A stretch of 64,000 nt of DNA from positions 1,054,001 to 1,118,000 of the forward strand of contig JAUPSS010000004.1 of the NCBI GenBank assembly GCA_040285825.1, in the 5' to 3' direction. Below, in pieces: positions 14,306 to 26,714 of this stretch (positions within the stretch are counted from its first letter, which is position 1; each line of letters opens with the position of its first letter). Under the pieces are notes generated by a model that ran no database searches, was not told where the DNA came from, and saw only the letters and a list, made by a program, of their open reading frames with translations. Source of the DNA: Eukaryota sp. TZLM1-RC. Taxonomy: Eukaryota > Protista > Metamonada: BaSk clade. Position numbers and translations under genes: made by a program.

Positions 14306-15077
14306 AGAATCATTTATCACGAGATCTTGAGCAGAAGAGCCAATGAGAAGGCATTTGCTCGCATTAAGATGAAGCCCAATATTTCCATATGAATCAGCAA
14401 TTTCTTGAGCAACCAATTCTAGTAAATCAAATGAACCAATCAAGGATATATCATCCTTATAAGCAACTATTTTTATAGAAGGGTATTTTTGCTTAATGAT
14501 ATTTAAAGTTTTGTGAATAGCTAAACAAAACAATATTGGGCCTAAAGGATCACCTTGCTGCACACCAGAAGATGATTTAAGACCACATGAATTATAAATT
14601 AAATCTGATTCTTTCCCATAAAAATGGAAGAAAAAACTCGATAGCTCAGGAAAATCAGATTTAATTACTTCAAAATTGCTTCTCGCTTTACAGAATTAAA
14701 AGCATTTTTAAAGTCCAGATTAAAGATAAAGTTATTTTCTTCTGCATTAAAAAAAGTGTCAGAGGCAATAGCAGCAACAGAAGCACCATCAATTGTTTTG
14801 ATTCCAAATTGATGAGGATTCAAAAATGTAGAAGCTTTGTCTTTGACACGATCGAAGACAATTGATGCCAGCAAACGAGATAGAGATTCACCAACAGCAA
14901 TTGGGCGTATTCCATCAGGTTTGATTCCGTTTCCAGGCTTTACTAAAGCAATCAGACGTGCAGCGAGTAATTCAAATGGAGGATTAATTTTGTAAACAAT
15001 TAATTGTTGAAAATAATGGGCTAGATCATCAGCAATTTCGGGAGCACTGGAACACGCTATTTTTAACAGATCAAAAG
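12812..15077 (-). mobile_element. Family A copy, 5'-truncated; inverted near-duplicate of 361-2871
   Basis: Shares the private 24-bp deletion (loss of LPPQIWTK) and the variants SDSVKFL and PQMQNELQA with the + copy. Confidence 0.9.
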
Positions 15078-15260
15078 GGAACCTTTGGAAAAATTCAAAA
15101 ACAAAATTTTTCCACGTCCCAAAAATGCTGCTTTACACAGAATCGAAGATTTTGTGAATCAAAACAATTTTGCCAAAACAATCTGTTGAAATTTCTGCCA
15201 GTTCTTCTCTTTACAATCATTTCAAAATCATCCAAAAAACGTAAAGCAGTTGGTGCAAGT
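15070..15260 (-). mobile_element. Short internal family B fragment followed by an internal family A fragment
   Basis: 15070-15150 matches 46230-46320; 15168-15260 encodes LAPTALRFL..FWQN. Confidence 0.8.
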
Positions 15261-15534
15261 TTGAAACCTGCTTTTGTTCCCTTTTTCCAGTGTATTTTGA
15301 ACCTCTTTGTATTCAAATATACATCAAAAACACTCTGAAGAACAGTTATTTATTCTTCAAGATAAAAGCTAATAACTATAGTTTGACCTTTAAAGGTGAT
15401 AGTGTACGGATAACTTAGGAATAGGTTTACTTGATCCTAGTGTATATCAAGAAACTCATTTTTTTGAAAAGATCTTGGTTGTCCTAATTGAGCCTCCTTA
15501 CCATAAATCGATTGCCTTTGAGTTCAGTTGTCGG

Positions 15535-15750
15535 TATTGGTTAACTTTATATTATAGTTTCTTATAGTTTAGGTATATTTGTGCTCTAGCACTTAAGTGG
15601 AAGGAACCACTTTTACCTTCGTAATAAATAACTTTATGTTTTAACTTGGTATCAACCCTCACCAAATACCATCCTGATGACCCCAACCAAGTCAGTCTAG
15701 CTAGAGAACTATCTGAGCTCAGGAGAAGACTTGAAGAACAAGATCAATAT
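15535..15750 (+). mobile_element. Degenerate LTR-like sequence plus gag fragment of a Ty3/Gypsy relative
   Basis: ttatagtt..tagtttag..ttaag..cttcgtaataaat resembles the 57795-57935 LTR; followed by tggtatca (PBS-like) and PDDPNQVSLARELSELRRRLEE, similar to gag EDPAQIALANEVARLREELE. Confidence 0.55.
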
Positions 15751-16267
15751 TAACTGTAAAAAAGTTGATGATAAAGAGGCTGTATCGACTACCATTCAAA
15801 ACGAGTCACGAGTTTGTTTAAATCTATATCATGCTTATAATTACAATCATCAATACATTGAAGTAATAAAGTTTCTTTAATATTTGTACTTTATTTACAG
15901 AATCATTGACCTAAACATCATGCGTTCACCATAAATTATTCAATTATTATTAAATTAATTCCAAAATTGTTTATTAAATCATATATCAACAGGGGGAACT
16001 TTCATTGATTACAGGTGTTTATATAGATTTTGTGATTGATCAAATGATTTTTTGAAAATTAGGTGTGGAAAACTTAACATAAATTTTTCACAGGAGGTTA
16101 TTATGACTTGGATCATAAAGATGTGAAAGCGTAAGTATCTGTCAACATGCAAAGAAAATGAGGAAATTTGGGAATACTAATAAATCAAGTGAACAATTCT
16201 GAATTGTATTGTTTGAATATCAATCATTATGGTCAAAAGAGAGAACTTGTTATCCAAGAACTATTAT

Positions 16268-16461
16268 TTTTTTTACCAAAATTTTAATTTTATTCAAAAC
16301 CTATAAATCAACATCTAAAAAATCCATCTCTCCCAGAACAAAAACACTAGATTCAACTCTCTCATAGTGAGATCCAAGAGAAAGCAAAGCATCAGAAACC
16401 ATCTTCAACATCCCCTTAAAAATAGAAAACACAATTCTATTTTGCCAAAACAATCTGTTGA
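16268..16461 (-). mobile_element. Family A 3' fragment with poly(A) and near-TSD
   Basis: Encodes FNRLFWQN..FLDVDL*; flanked by aactattat / aactataat. Confidence 0.85.
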
Positions 16462-16714
16462 AACTATAATTATCTTTTCTTAATAACATTTCTTCTTTAA
16501 ATCGTTGAAATTTACCATCACACTCAAAATCAAGTGACATTTTTACAACATACTTATAATGAATGAAACAATTTATTATAGAAATTGCTGGTGAATGTGG
16601 TGGTACATAGTTGCCATGTAATTTATTTTCAATATTTTGTAGAAATTTTCACCTTCCTTTACCTATTGAATGATGATTAACAATAACCACCACATTTTTT
16701 TTACATATATATTT

Positions 16715-17245
16715 ATTTTTAAAACTGGAATAATTATTGAGATAAAAAACGCATCTAGAATTCAATATCCTCCAAACAAGCGTCACTATTACTGAACCTA
16801 CTCACAGCATTACGTTCATATTCTACACCAATAGCTAAAAGTGCCTTTGAAATCATTGTTGGAATAGACTTGAAAATGCAAAAAACAATTCTATTTAACC
16901 AGAAAGTGGAGTTCATTGTTTTACCAGACCTATTCAGTAACACTCTTTTGAAATTCTCAAAAAAGTGCAACCCTGAAGGTCCAATATTGCCAAAAAGAGA
17001 AATTGCAAACGGCACAAACTGATATTTCACATGTTCCACTCTACCTAACTGTGCCAAAGGTTCTTCATATTTTTTTATCTTCTTTTTTTCGGCGTTAGAT
17101 AACGGCGAGTCAGCGGAATACACTAAGCGAGCAGCAGAATTTTTGCAAACATCCACTGAGACAACGTCTACAACATTGATAACACCATCGATCCCTGGAG
17201 CTACTAAATCTGCCCTTCTTTTACCAAAGGAATCATCAGTTTGAC
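16715..17245 (-). mobile_element. Family F 3' fragment (RLE endonuclease domain)
   Basis: ORF 16755-17255: KRRADLV..VDVVSVD..AEKKKIKKY..FVPFAISLFG..SDACLEDIEF. Confidence 0.85.
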
Positions 17246-17751
17246 ACCACCACATTGGTTCAATCGTCGAAACTTGGTCAGTATGAGACTGAAACGAAGA
17301 ATGTCGTTATCAGTTCTTATAAGTAATAACCGCAATTAATTATAGCATTAACATAACTATTAATGCAAGAAAATTCAACAACCGAAAATTAATTCAATTA
17401 TTTACTATTTACATTTATAATATGCAACTTAACATAATTCGATGGAGCCAACAACAAATATATCAAATGTGTTTAATTTGAATAAAAAGTTGAAATAAAA
17501 ACGTTGACCCGTTGTAAACAATATGAGTAAGTAAGTTTAACAATTTTAATTAACATGTTTTGCTTTTTGAAAAACATTTCGAAGTACCAGAGCTCAATTT
17601 CAATTTGAGTGATCGTTTGATATAGTTTCTCTTCATTGGTTTGATTTGCTAATTAATTATCATTTTTTATTTAACAATATTTGATAAAAACTAAAAATAG
17701 ATAAAAGTATTATTAATAAACAAGGTTATTTATTAAATAGACCACAGTACT

Positions 17752-19720
17752 TTATAATCTTCTTCTTCTTGAGTGTCTGGCAAGTCTTCTTTTACAATCT
17801 TCTATCCTTTTATCAGCTCTTGGATGACCAGCATTCTTGGCCTTTTCATACCATTCAATAGCTTGGTAAAGGTCTTTAGGTACACCGTTACCGTGTTCAT
17901 AACAAACACCTAAATTGTATATTCCATTCTCATCACCCAATTCAGCTGCTTTTTGGTAATAAAACACTGCTTGAGAATAGTCTTGTTTAACAAAACGAGC
18001 AAGGCGAAAACATTGACCTAGACCAACCATAGCACCGGTATGACCAGCATCAGCACCTTTTTTGAACCAATAAAAAGCTTGTTGATGGTCTTGATCAATA
18101 CCTTTGCCATCTCTATAACAAACACCTAAATCAAACATAGCAACGCTGATACCAGCTTCAGCTGCCTTGCTGAACCAATCAACAGCTTGTTGGTGATCCT
18201 TTTCTACACCAAGACCATGGTTATAACAATAGCCTACATTAAACATAGCACCAGCATAACCAGCATCAGCAGCTCTTCTCCACCAAAAAAACTGCTTCTT
18301 GGTAGTGTTCATCATTGTAAAATTCCGATCCTTTTTCAAACATTTGTTCAGGCGTATCATCATCACTTGACTCAACTTCCAAATTTTCAAACCCACCCTC
18401 CAAATTTTGGTCAAAATCACTACTATTGATCTCTTCTTGGTCCTCATTAGAAGAACTATCATAAGCTACTACTTGGTTAGGATTACCAAAATTCTGATTT
18501 TCTGCAAAATTATTATAGCAAATTTGGATTGAATTAATTTGTTTTTTTAAGTCCTTTTCTTTTTGGGCAAGATCGTCAATTTTGGAATTTGAATCGGTAA
18601 TTTCTATTCTCAAATCATTTATTAATTGATCTCTATTATTGATTTCTCGATCCTTTTCAAACAAAGTTTGGCTTAATTCTTGATTTCTAGAGACAAGATT
18701 AGAGTTCTGAAGTGTTAATTCTTGGTTTAATTCATCAGAATTAGATTGAGCATGTTGTAAATTTTGAATTTCATGACTTAATTCTTGAATTGTCTGATTT
18801 AAATCCATCATAGATTTTCGGAAATTTTCATTTTCTAGGCTCAAATCTTCATTAATTTGGTCTTTTTCAGCACAATTTTGACAATTTTGCCTTAAATTGG
18901 GATTAAATTCATTTAGCAAAGGCAATTCTTTAGAATAATTTTCCAATAAACTCAATTGATGAACTATTTGGTCAATATTTGGTCTTTTTGAAGCATCACT
19001 GGACATACAATCATTAACCAAATTTTTCAAAACTTTGGGATCTTCTTGATCAAATGGAAGCTCTTTTCCCTGATATTTGGCACCCAATAGAGAAAATTGG
19101 GTATTGAAACCCTCAAAAGCTACTTTATTAGTAAGTAATTCATATAAAATTACACCAATAGAATAAATATCAGAAGCTTCTGTTATTCTATTGTCAAAAA
19201 CCTCTAAAGCGGCATATTTGGGGGTAAAGGTGAGAGAAGTGGATATTCGGGTTGTGTTAGCAATAACTTTGGAAGTACCAAAGTCTGCTATTCTTAATTG
19301 ACCATTAATTAATAGAATATTCTGTGGTTTTAGGTCACCATGAACGACTGCTTTTCCATGTAACATCTTGATAGCAGAACATAGATCCTTGGCTAGTCGG
19401 AGGGTGTCACGTGAGAGAGGAGAGGGGGTAGGAAGGGAGGAAGTAGCGCGTTCCATGACAATGCCGATCTTATCATCAAAGTAAGCAATGCCGAAAACAC
19501 GGAGGATGGCAGGGCTATTGAGGAAAGAAAGGAGGGCAATCTCTTTCTTGAGTAGCTTCTTCCCTTCCTCAGTAAGTGAGACCATCTTGACAGCTATGTC
19601 GAGGGAGAACCAGCGGGCAGCGTAAACGGAAGCAAAGCCTCCTTCGCCGATCTTCTCACCGAGTTGGATGTCGGAGGCGTTGATCTCAGGACAGGAAAGA
19701 TCGTGGTGGGATGATGTCAT
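17752..19720 (-). CDS. TKL-like Ser/Thr protein kinase + coiled coil + Sel1-like repeats; one gene split by a frameshift in a homopolymer near 18285-18291
   Basis: GEGGFASVY, AVK, HGDLKPQN, DFG and DIYSIG motifs; C-terminal Sel1 repeats (AMFNVGYCYNHGLGVEKD..AVDWFSKAA); removing one T restores QEAVFWWRRAA. Confidence 0.88.
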
Positions 19721-21024
19721 AGCGGTGTGGAAAGAGGAGAGAAGATACGGGGTGTGGGTAATGTTTTGGTGACGGCAAGTGTAGCTTTTTGAGGAACTAG
19801 GTCAAAATTCTAAAGACTTTTGAAGACCTTTCAACAAGATGACCTTGACGGAATCTTGGCACATGAAATACTAAACTAACTTCAATTCTACTACAATTGA
19901 TAGATTATTTTGGTTGTTTCATCAAAATAGAGAAGATATATTGAGAAAACAAGTATATAAGGGTTTTGCGGAGAAAATCCCTTTTCACTGAATTTGGTCC
20001 CCTCGGTTCTGTGTTTGTGTTATTTGGCGTTGCAGTTCAATAAAATGATTGAATGAAGTGTAAAAAACCTGGATTAATTTGAAGGAAAACAGGACAACCA
20101 AGAGCAAGTAGCTTGAAAGAACTTGAATTCAGTATTCCCAAAACTTGATGAAATTGACAGTCACTTCTCAACACTTCCAGATAGCTTGTATATTCATGCA
20201 GCTCTATTCTTGCAACTCTTTTTCTGTGTGTCTTTATAATTTTTACTCTATTGTTTAAATCCATTGTGTCTTTTTTAGTCATCACAATTGGACCTTATTG
20301 ATTTTCTTATTGTAGCAACTGAGGATGTAGATTGTGCTATTGAAGGTTAAGTAAACTGGTATTTGAGTCTCCCTTGTTGCCCACGTAGAACAACTCCGAT
20401 CTAGATCGGAGGTTTCCAAATCAATTGCTCTCCGGCCATTCCAGCTGTGATCATCATAACTTACGGAATTCGTAGTTGTTGCCTTGTTAATAAAAGACCG
20501 TGTTCTTCATAGGATGGTTGTAATAGTTGAAATAGATTCAATACATGTTTTTCCTTCTGGTGACCCCCACATATGTTGAAAAAGCTACAGATTGCAAATG
20601 TTCGTGAGTGTGTTCTATTCAGGAACTTGGATAGTTTACATTAATAACCCATTGCTCGCTTAGCCTGATAACCTTTATCTTCCAATGGTATTAGGTTTTC
20701 AAGTTTGTGGTCTTTTGTACGAGGAGAACCTTCTAGTACTGGTTTGTACAAGCCAGAACGAGCTCATCTATATAACCATATCCATACTGGTCCCTAAATG
20801 CTGATGAAAAGTAAAACAATGTTTCTTGACTCAATTTTAAACAGCGAGAAAAGGTTGAACGGAGATATTAAGGATAAAGCTTAGGACGTAAAGCGTGAAA
20901 GTTGAGGACATCAACAGGAATAGATAAGGGTGGATGTTGGATGTTTGAACATAAACAAGTGCTCAAGTATGGCAGTATGAGATTATTCTGAACTTTACTT
21001 TCAAACTCTCATACAATCTTCTTA

Positions 21025-21992
21025 ATGGACTCCTTTGCTCCTGAACACAATCTTAATCTTCGCTGTCGCTTCTATGAAAACGAGTTTCCTGGTTTGTCTT
21101 CCTCCATTCTCCCTTGTTCACCTCAGAGGTGGATGAACTTGTCTTAGTCCACGTCGAACGCATCGACGAAATGGGCGCTTATGTTAGTCTTTTAGAATAC
21201 GATAACCGTCAAGCTATGATTCTTCTCTCCGAAATCACACGCAAACGTGCTCGTACCCTCGCTACTGTCATTCGCGTGGGCCGTCAAGAGTGCGCTGTAG
21301 TTCTCCGTGTAGACACCAAGGGTTACATCGATCTCTCCAAAAGGAGACTCATGCAGGATGATCTTGTCGCTTGCGAGGCTAAGTTTTATAAGGGCAAAAC
21401 CGTCCACAACATTTTCATCAATGTTGCTCAAACCTGTAAAGTGGATCTCAAACCAATTCTACAAGCAATTTGCTGGCCCCTCTATAGAAAATACAAACAC
21501 GCATTTGACGCTCTAACCAAGTTTGTTGGTGGACACGACATTTTTGCTGATTTATTAGAAGAAAACCCTAATATTCCTAAGGAATGGATTAATGCCACCA
21601 AGGAACGAGTGCTGAAAGTAATGGCCCCACAAGCTGTCAAGATACGAACTGAGTTTGAGCTAACTTGCACTGGTTTTGAAGGGGTGGAGGCTCTCAAGTC
21701 AGCCTTAAATGCTGGTGTTGCTCATGGTAATCAAGGGGAAATTGAGGCAAAATTAATTGCACCTCCTTTATACGTTTTGTCGCTAACATCAGAGGACAAG
21801 GATGGCGCAATTAATAAACTTAATGGCGCGTTAGAGGCTGTCAAGGCGGAAATTGAAAAGAATGAGGGGTCAATGGTGATCAAAACCGCGCCGAGAGCTG
21901 TGAGCCAGCAGGATGATCGGATGTTACATCAAATGATGGTGCAAGCTGAAAGGGAAAATAGGGAGGTGTCTGGTGATCAGGATGAAGATTAG
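21025..21992 (+). CDS. EIF2S1: Translation initiation factor 2 alpha subunit; exons 21025-21091 and 21127-21992
   Basis: Splicing gives CRFYENEFPEVDELV; contains MGAYVSLLEY, ILLSEI, KGYIDLSKRR and IAPPLYV. Confidence 0.95.
21092..21126 (+). other. 35-nt spliceosomal intron (GTTTGT..ttcAcctcAG)
   Basis: Removal restores the conserved eIF2-alpha N-terminus in frame. Confidence 0.9.
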
Positions 21993-22079
21993 TTTTTGAT
22001 TTTTTTGTGTTTTTATAAATATAAGCTTTTATGTTTTTAAGTCTATTTTTTCAATATTTTTGATCAAATTTATTTTTAT

Positions 22080-22632
22080 TTCTAAACACATACACAGCAA
22101 CTAAACAAAATACTAGCACTCAATACCCTCAATACACGCATCAACTTCATCAAACCTCTTCAATGCACGATTCTCGTACTTTATTCCTAATTGTAACAGT
22201 GCTTTGGTTATCGTTTCGGGAATTGCCTTAAGAATACTAAAAACAATTCTATTGTGCCAGAAATTGAAGTTCAATTCTTTTTCCCCGCTTTGTTTTATTG
22301 AACTTCTGAAACCTTCGAGAAATTTAATGCCAGATATTCCAATGTTACCAAAAAGAGAAACAGCAAATGGAACCAGCTGATACTTGACATGCTCAACACG
22401 TCCTAGCTGAGATAAGGGCTCATTGTACTTTTTGATTTTGCTCTTTTTAGCAATGCAGAGCGGAGTTTCATCTTTATTGGCAAAATCAATTGCTGACTTC
22501 TTACAAACATCAACAGTGACAACATCAACAACTTTGATCACACCATCAGACCATCAGACCCTGGTGTAATTAAATCAGCACGGCGTTTCCCAAAAGTATC
22601 TTCATCTTCATTTTCTGGTGACAACTTACGCA
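22080..22632 (-). mobile_element. Family D-like 3' fragment (variant ending IEGIEC)
   Basis: ORF 22113-22541 is homologous to the family D endonuclease region. Confidence 0.85.
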
Positions 22633-22644
22633 TCATATTTTTTG

Positions 22645-22780
22645 ATCTACAAATCCTCTTATCACTAGGCCTTTGGCCCAGAAGTCTAATAAACTACGGT
22701 CAAAAATTTACCAGAATTATTGGGGTGTAAAATATTCATAATTCCAGATCATGCTCATCTAAGTCCACTATATGGCGGTT
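22645..22780 (+). mobile_element. Degenerate internal family C fragment
   Basis: Aligns with 48715-48860 (ctacaaatcctct..cactag..ccagatcatgct). Confidence 0.7.
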
Positions 22781-22862
22781 ATGCTGCAACACCATCAAAT
22801 TTCTTAAGCGCGCGATTTTGATACTCTATTCCGAATTGTAACAGTGCTTTGGTCAGCATTTC

Positions 22863-24601
22863 TTTTTTTTTTCTTTTTTTTTTTAAATTTAATTTTATTC
22901 TAAACCTATAAATCAACATCTAAAAAATCCATCTCTCCCAAAACAAAAACACTAGATGCAACTCTCTCATAGTGAGATCCAAGAGAAAGCAAAGCATCAG
23001 AAACCATCTTCAACATCCCCTTAAAAATAGAAAACACAATTCTATTTTGCCAAAACAATCTGTTGAAATTTCTGCCAGTTCTTCTCTTTACAATCATTTC
23101 AAAATCATCCAAAAAACGTAAAGCAGTTGGTGCAAGTGAACCAAAAAGGGAAAATACAAATGGATACAAATTGTATTTTGCATGCTGTAGACTGGCCAAT
23201 TTGGACAAAGGTTCATTGTATTTTTTGAATTTAAAATTTTCAGCATTTGAAAGGGGATTATGAATTTCAGAATTAACAAGCCTTTCATTTGAGGCATTAC
23301 AAGGATCAACAGACATTACATCCAATAAAATGAAGCTTCCATCTAATCCAGGTAATATGACATCACCTCTATTATTCTTATGAAAATCATTTTCAGCATC
23401 AAACAGATTTGACAACAAAGGTTCCAAGAAGGATTCAATTCTATGAGATTTACACATACAATATAACTGGTCTCTTACAGCATCATGAACCTTGCTTCTA
23501 AAAAGTAATAAAATGTTTACAATTTAACAAATGAGTAGTTGTAATTTCTCGAGAACATTTACAAATTAAATTATGAGGTAAATTATCAGGCCAGATAAAG
23601 GAACGAAATCTCATATTCAGAGTCCAAGCAGAATCGGATAAGAGAGTACCATAAGCTTGTGGAATTGTTGTTACTAAGGCAGAAGAAGTACTGTCACACA
23701 TATCTTGTAAAAAGATTTGCAAAAGCGGGATTCTTTTTCTTGGCCAAGCCAAGTCTAACATCAAAATCCAAGCTTTCAAAAATCTTTGACAATTTTTGTT
23801 GAAGCTTTTTACAGCAAAACTGTAAATTAAATAGAGATCGGTTTGGAATTTCTTGAATTGATTGAGGAAAACATTTGGTCCAAATTTGTGGCGGTAATTT
23901 TCAAGTTCACAAGATAACTCATACAAATAGGGACTACAATTGGGGACTAACAGATGAGAATCATCAGGAAATCTACGCGAAAATTCATAAATAAAATTTT
24001 TGCCACCACCCAAGAATGCTGATTGACACAAAATTGAAGATTTAGTAAATCCAATACCCCCAAATTTGCTGAAGAAAATAAATGGCTTTTCAACATTCCT
24101 GGTTCTACATCCAATAAATCAGCAAAAAATTCTGTTCTCAATGAATTAAAAGAACGACAAAAATCTAATGCTATGGAAGGAGCACAAGATCTCAAAATGT
24201 GGGTTATTCTCCCAGTGTAGCAAATTTTAAGCATGAAAAATTTAATATGCTTTTCTATATCTAAAGAAGAAATTGAATCAAGTTCAATTTTCATTTTTTC
24301 CAAAATAACTTGCAATTCATTCTGAATTTGAGGCACATTTCCTAACCAACAACCAAGGAACTTAAAAGCATCACTACTATAATTAGTAAAAGGGACAATA
24401 GAATCGTTTATCACGAGGTCTTGAGCAGAAGAGCCAATCAGAAGGCATTTGCTGGCATTAAGATGAAGCCCAATATTTTCATATGAATCGGCAATTTCTT
24501 GAGCAACCAATTCTAGTAAATCAAATGAACCAATCAAGGATATATCATCCATATAAGCAACTATTTTTATAGAAGGGTATTTTTGCTTAATGATATTTAA
24601 A
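22863..24601 (-). mobile_element. Family A 5'-truncated copy inserted into a family D fragment (22790-22862 and 24602-24665) with TSD
   Basis: YMDD through FLDVDL* plus poly(A); tttggtcagcatttc on both sides. Confidence 0.9.
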
Positions 24602-24950
24602 GTCAGCATTTCTTTGGTCAGCATTTCTGGAATTGCTTTAAGAATACTGAAATCAATTCTGTTGTTGATTTTTTAATTGATTTTTTGCGATCATTTTTTA
24701 TATCATTGTTATGTTTTTCGAGGTATGTTTTTTTATATTGAGGATCATATTAGGGTTAAGCACACTCAAAACAACACAACCGGCAACAAAATGTTCTTGA
24801 CTTGGAAATGTCTGTTAACTTCTTGTGACAAATGTCCATTGAACATTCAGTTGCTGATTTCCTTGGACATACAGGATGAAACAGAGGTGTATTTTTTCGG
24901 GTACAGACTTCTCCCTTGTGTATCAGTTTTGTGTTTTGTTGAAACGAGAA

Positions 24951-24990
24951 AGGGGCCACCGGGAATTGAACCCGGGTCTGGTTGTTGAGA
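24951..24990 (-). pseudogene. Orphan tRNA 3' half (T-arm + acceptor strand)
   Basis: CCGGG-TTCAATT-CCCGG T-arm followed by TGGCCCC-T; no pairing 5' half seen nearby. Confidence 0.55.
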
Positions 24991-25254
24991 ATTCAATGCA
25001 CTGTAACAAAGTTAATTTAACTGTTGCTTCTAAATGATGCTGTGGGTATTGAACCAACGAATTTAGTCATATTCCAGGATCTGTGAAACGGAAATCTTTG
25101 GAGACAAATCTTATATGGTGAAGTTCGGACATGAACATCACTAACACGTATTAATTGTTCAGTAAAGAATGTTTGGTAGCGACAATCATATCGGTGTATT
25201 TTGTGAAAAAAAATTTAAGTGACTGTTTTTTTTTACAAAATTCTTATTTATTTT

Positions 25255-25527
25255 CTACGAAGAATCAAATAAAAACAAAACAAACTAAAATACATAAGAA
25301 ACTAAATTCTCCACGCCAACTCTTGATGAATCCTTATACAGTTTGGACATCATTAAACTCAAGTACTTGGGGACACTTCTGTACAAAGCGAAAATGATAC
25401 GATTCTTCCATAAATTCTCTGCAAAATTCTTACCACTTGAACGACATAAATTACCAAAATCATTGATGAAATTCAAAGCGGATTGTCCAATGTTGCCAAA
25501 AATCGAAAAGGCAAAAGGAACAAACAA
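25255..25527 (-). mobile_element. Family G 3' fragment
   Basis: FVPFAFSIFGNIGQSALNF..WKNRIIFALY..LVSYVF*. Confidence 0.8.
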
Positions 25528-25555
25528 AAACTTCTTTAAAAACTTTTTTAAGTGA

Positions 25556-25852
25556 CTTTTTATTTATTTAAACAAAAATGTTAAAAACTAAAAATCTATT
25601 TCCTCAAACTCCACATCTACCATTGAAAATTTACCTGCAACCTTTTCTTCATAATATGTTCCTAGTGATAACAACGAGCTAGAAACAAGGCTATGCATCC
25701 CCTTAAAAATGGAAAATATAATTCTATTTTGCCAAAAGGTTCGGTCAAATATTCTTCCAGTTCTATTTTTGACAATAGTAGAGAAATCATCTAGAAATGA
25801 TAAAGCGGTTTTACCTAAGGTTCCAAGTAAAGATATAGCAAAAGGACAAAGA
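25556..25852 (-). mobile_element. Family H 3' fragment
   Basis: Hand translation: NLCPFAISLLGTLGKTALSFLDDF..FWQNR..VDVEFEEIDF* with AATAAA. Confidence 0.8.
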
Positions 25853-25905
25853 TTTTGTGTATTTCATATTTGTTGTTGAATAAAAATCCAGGTAATAAAA
25901 AAAAA
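25853..25905 (+). mobile_element. 53-nt family B tail insertion with 9-bp TSD
   Basis: ttgtgtatttcatatttgttgttgaataaaaa..poly(A), flanked by ggacaaaga at 25844 and 25906. Confidence 0.8.
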
Positions 25906-26714
25906 GGACAAAGAAGGTGTCGAGTATGTGAGTTGGAATTCAGATTATTGATTTTTTCTGTGTACTTGATAATTTTTGTTTCTTCAGCTCTACGTAAAGG
26001 TGAATTATAAGATTGTGTTTACTTTTACTGTTTTGTGCCAGTTCTTCATTTGAGCTGTTTGATACATCAGTAGATCTGTGAAAAATTGGGTTGAAAATTG
26101 AGAAAATCAATCGGCAGTCACTGAACAATACTGGACAATTTGTATTTCATCGGGACCATTATCAATGTTATATTTTACATGTTTGATGCTGCAAGAATCA
26201 ACATGTTGTCAGACAAAAATTGTAAAACAAGCTGGGAGCTACTGAATAATGTCATGTTTATTAAGATTATACACCATAACAAATATTGTCACTACAAACT
26301 GTGCTTCAAAGAGAACATTGTCGATACAAAATAACCGAATCCCATTATAATGCATATTTATCTGTATAATGAACTGTATCAATATTCTATGAATGTTTCA
26401 CCTCATGGATGATCAATCAATACAAAAAGTTGTGGAAATCGTGACCATGTCAAAAATTGGTCCAATTTAAGGCTGCGCGATTTGACCAAACAATTTTTCA
26501 AAACACTGAAAAGCTGTACTTTTGCTTACTGAGATAATTATCACATGAGATTTTTACTATACATAATGATGGAAAATATGAAGTTAACATGACTATACAA
26601 CAATCATATTATATTATATAAAAAATAAAAATTGTGTTGGCCACTGTACTTCAAAAAACATCACTAAATTCCATGATAATATTAAACAACTTCTATAAAT
26701 CCTGAACCATTTCC

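Noticed and set aside
3043-15077. Telomeric retrotransposon array (HeT-A, Cnl1 or MoTeR style)
   Set aside because: No telomeric repeats at seams, orientation is mixed across the window, and housekeeping genes are interleaved. Chromosomal position is unknown, so it is not fully excluded.
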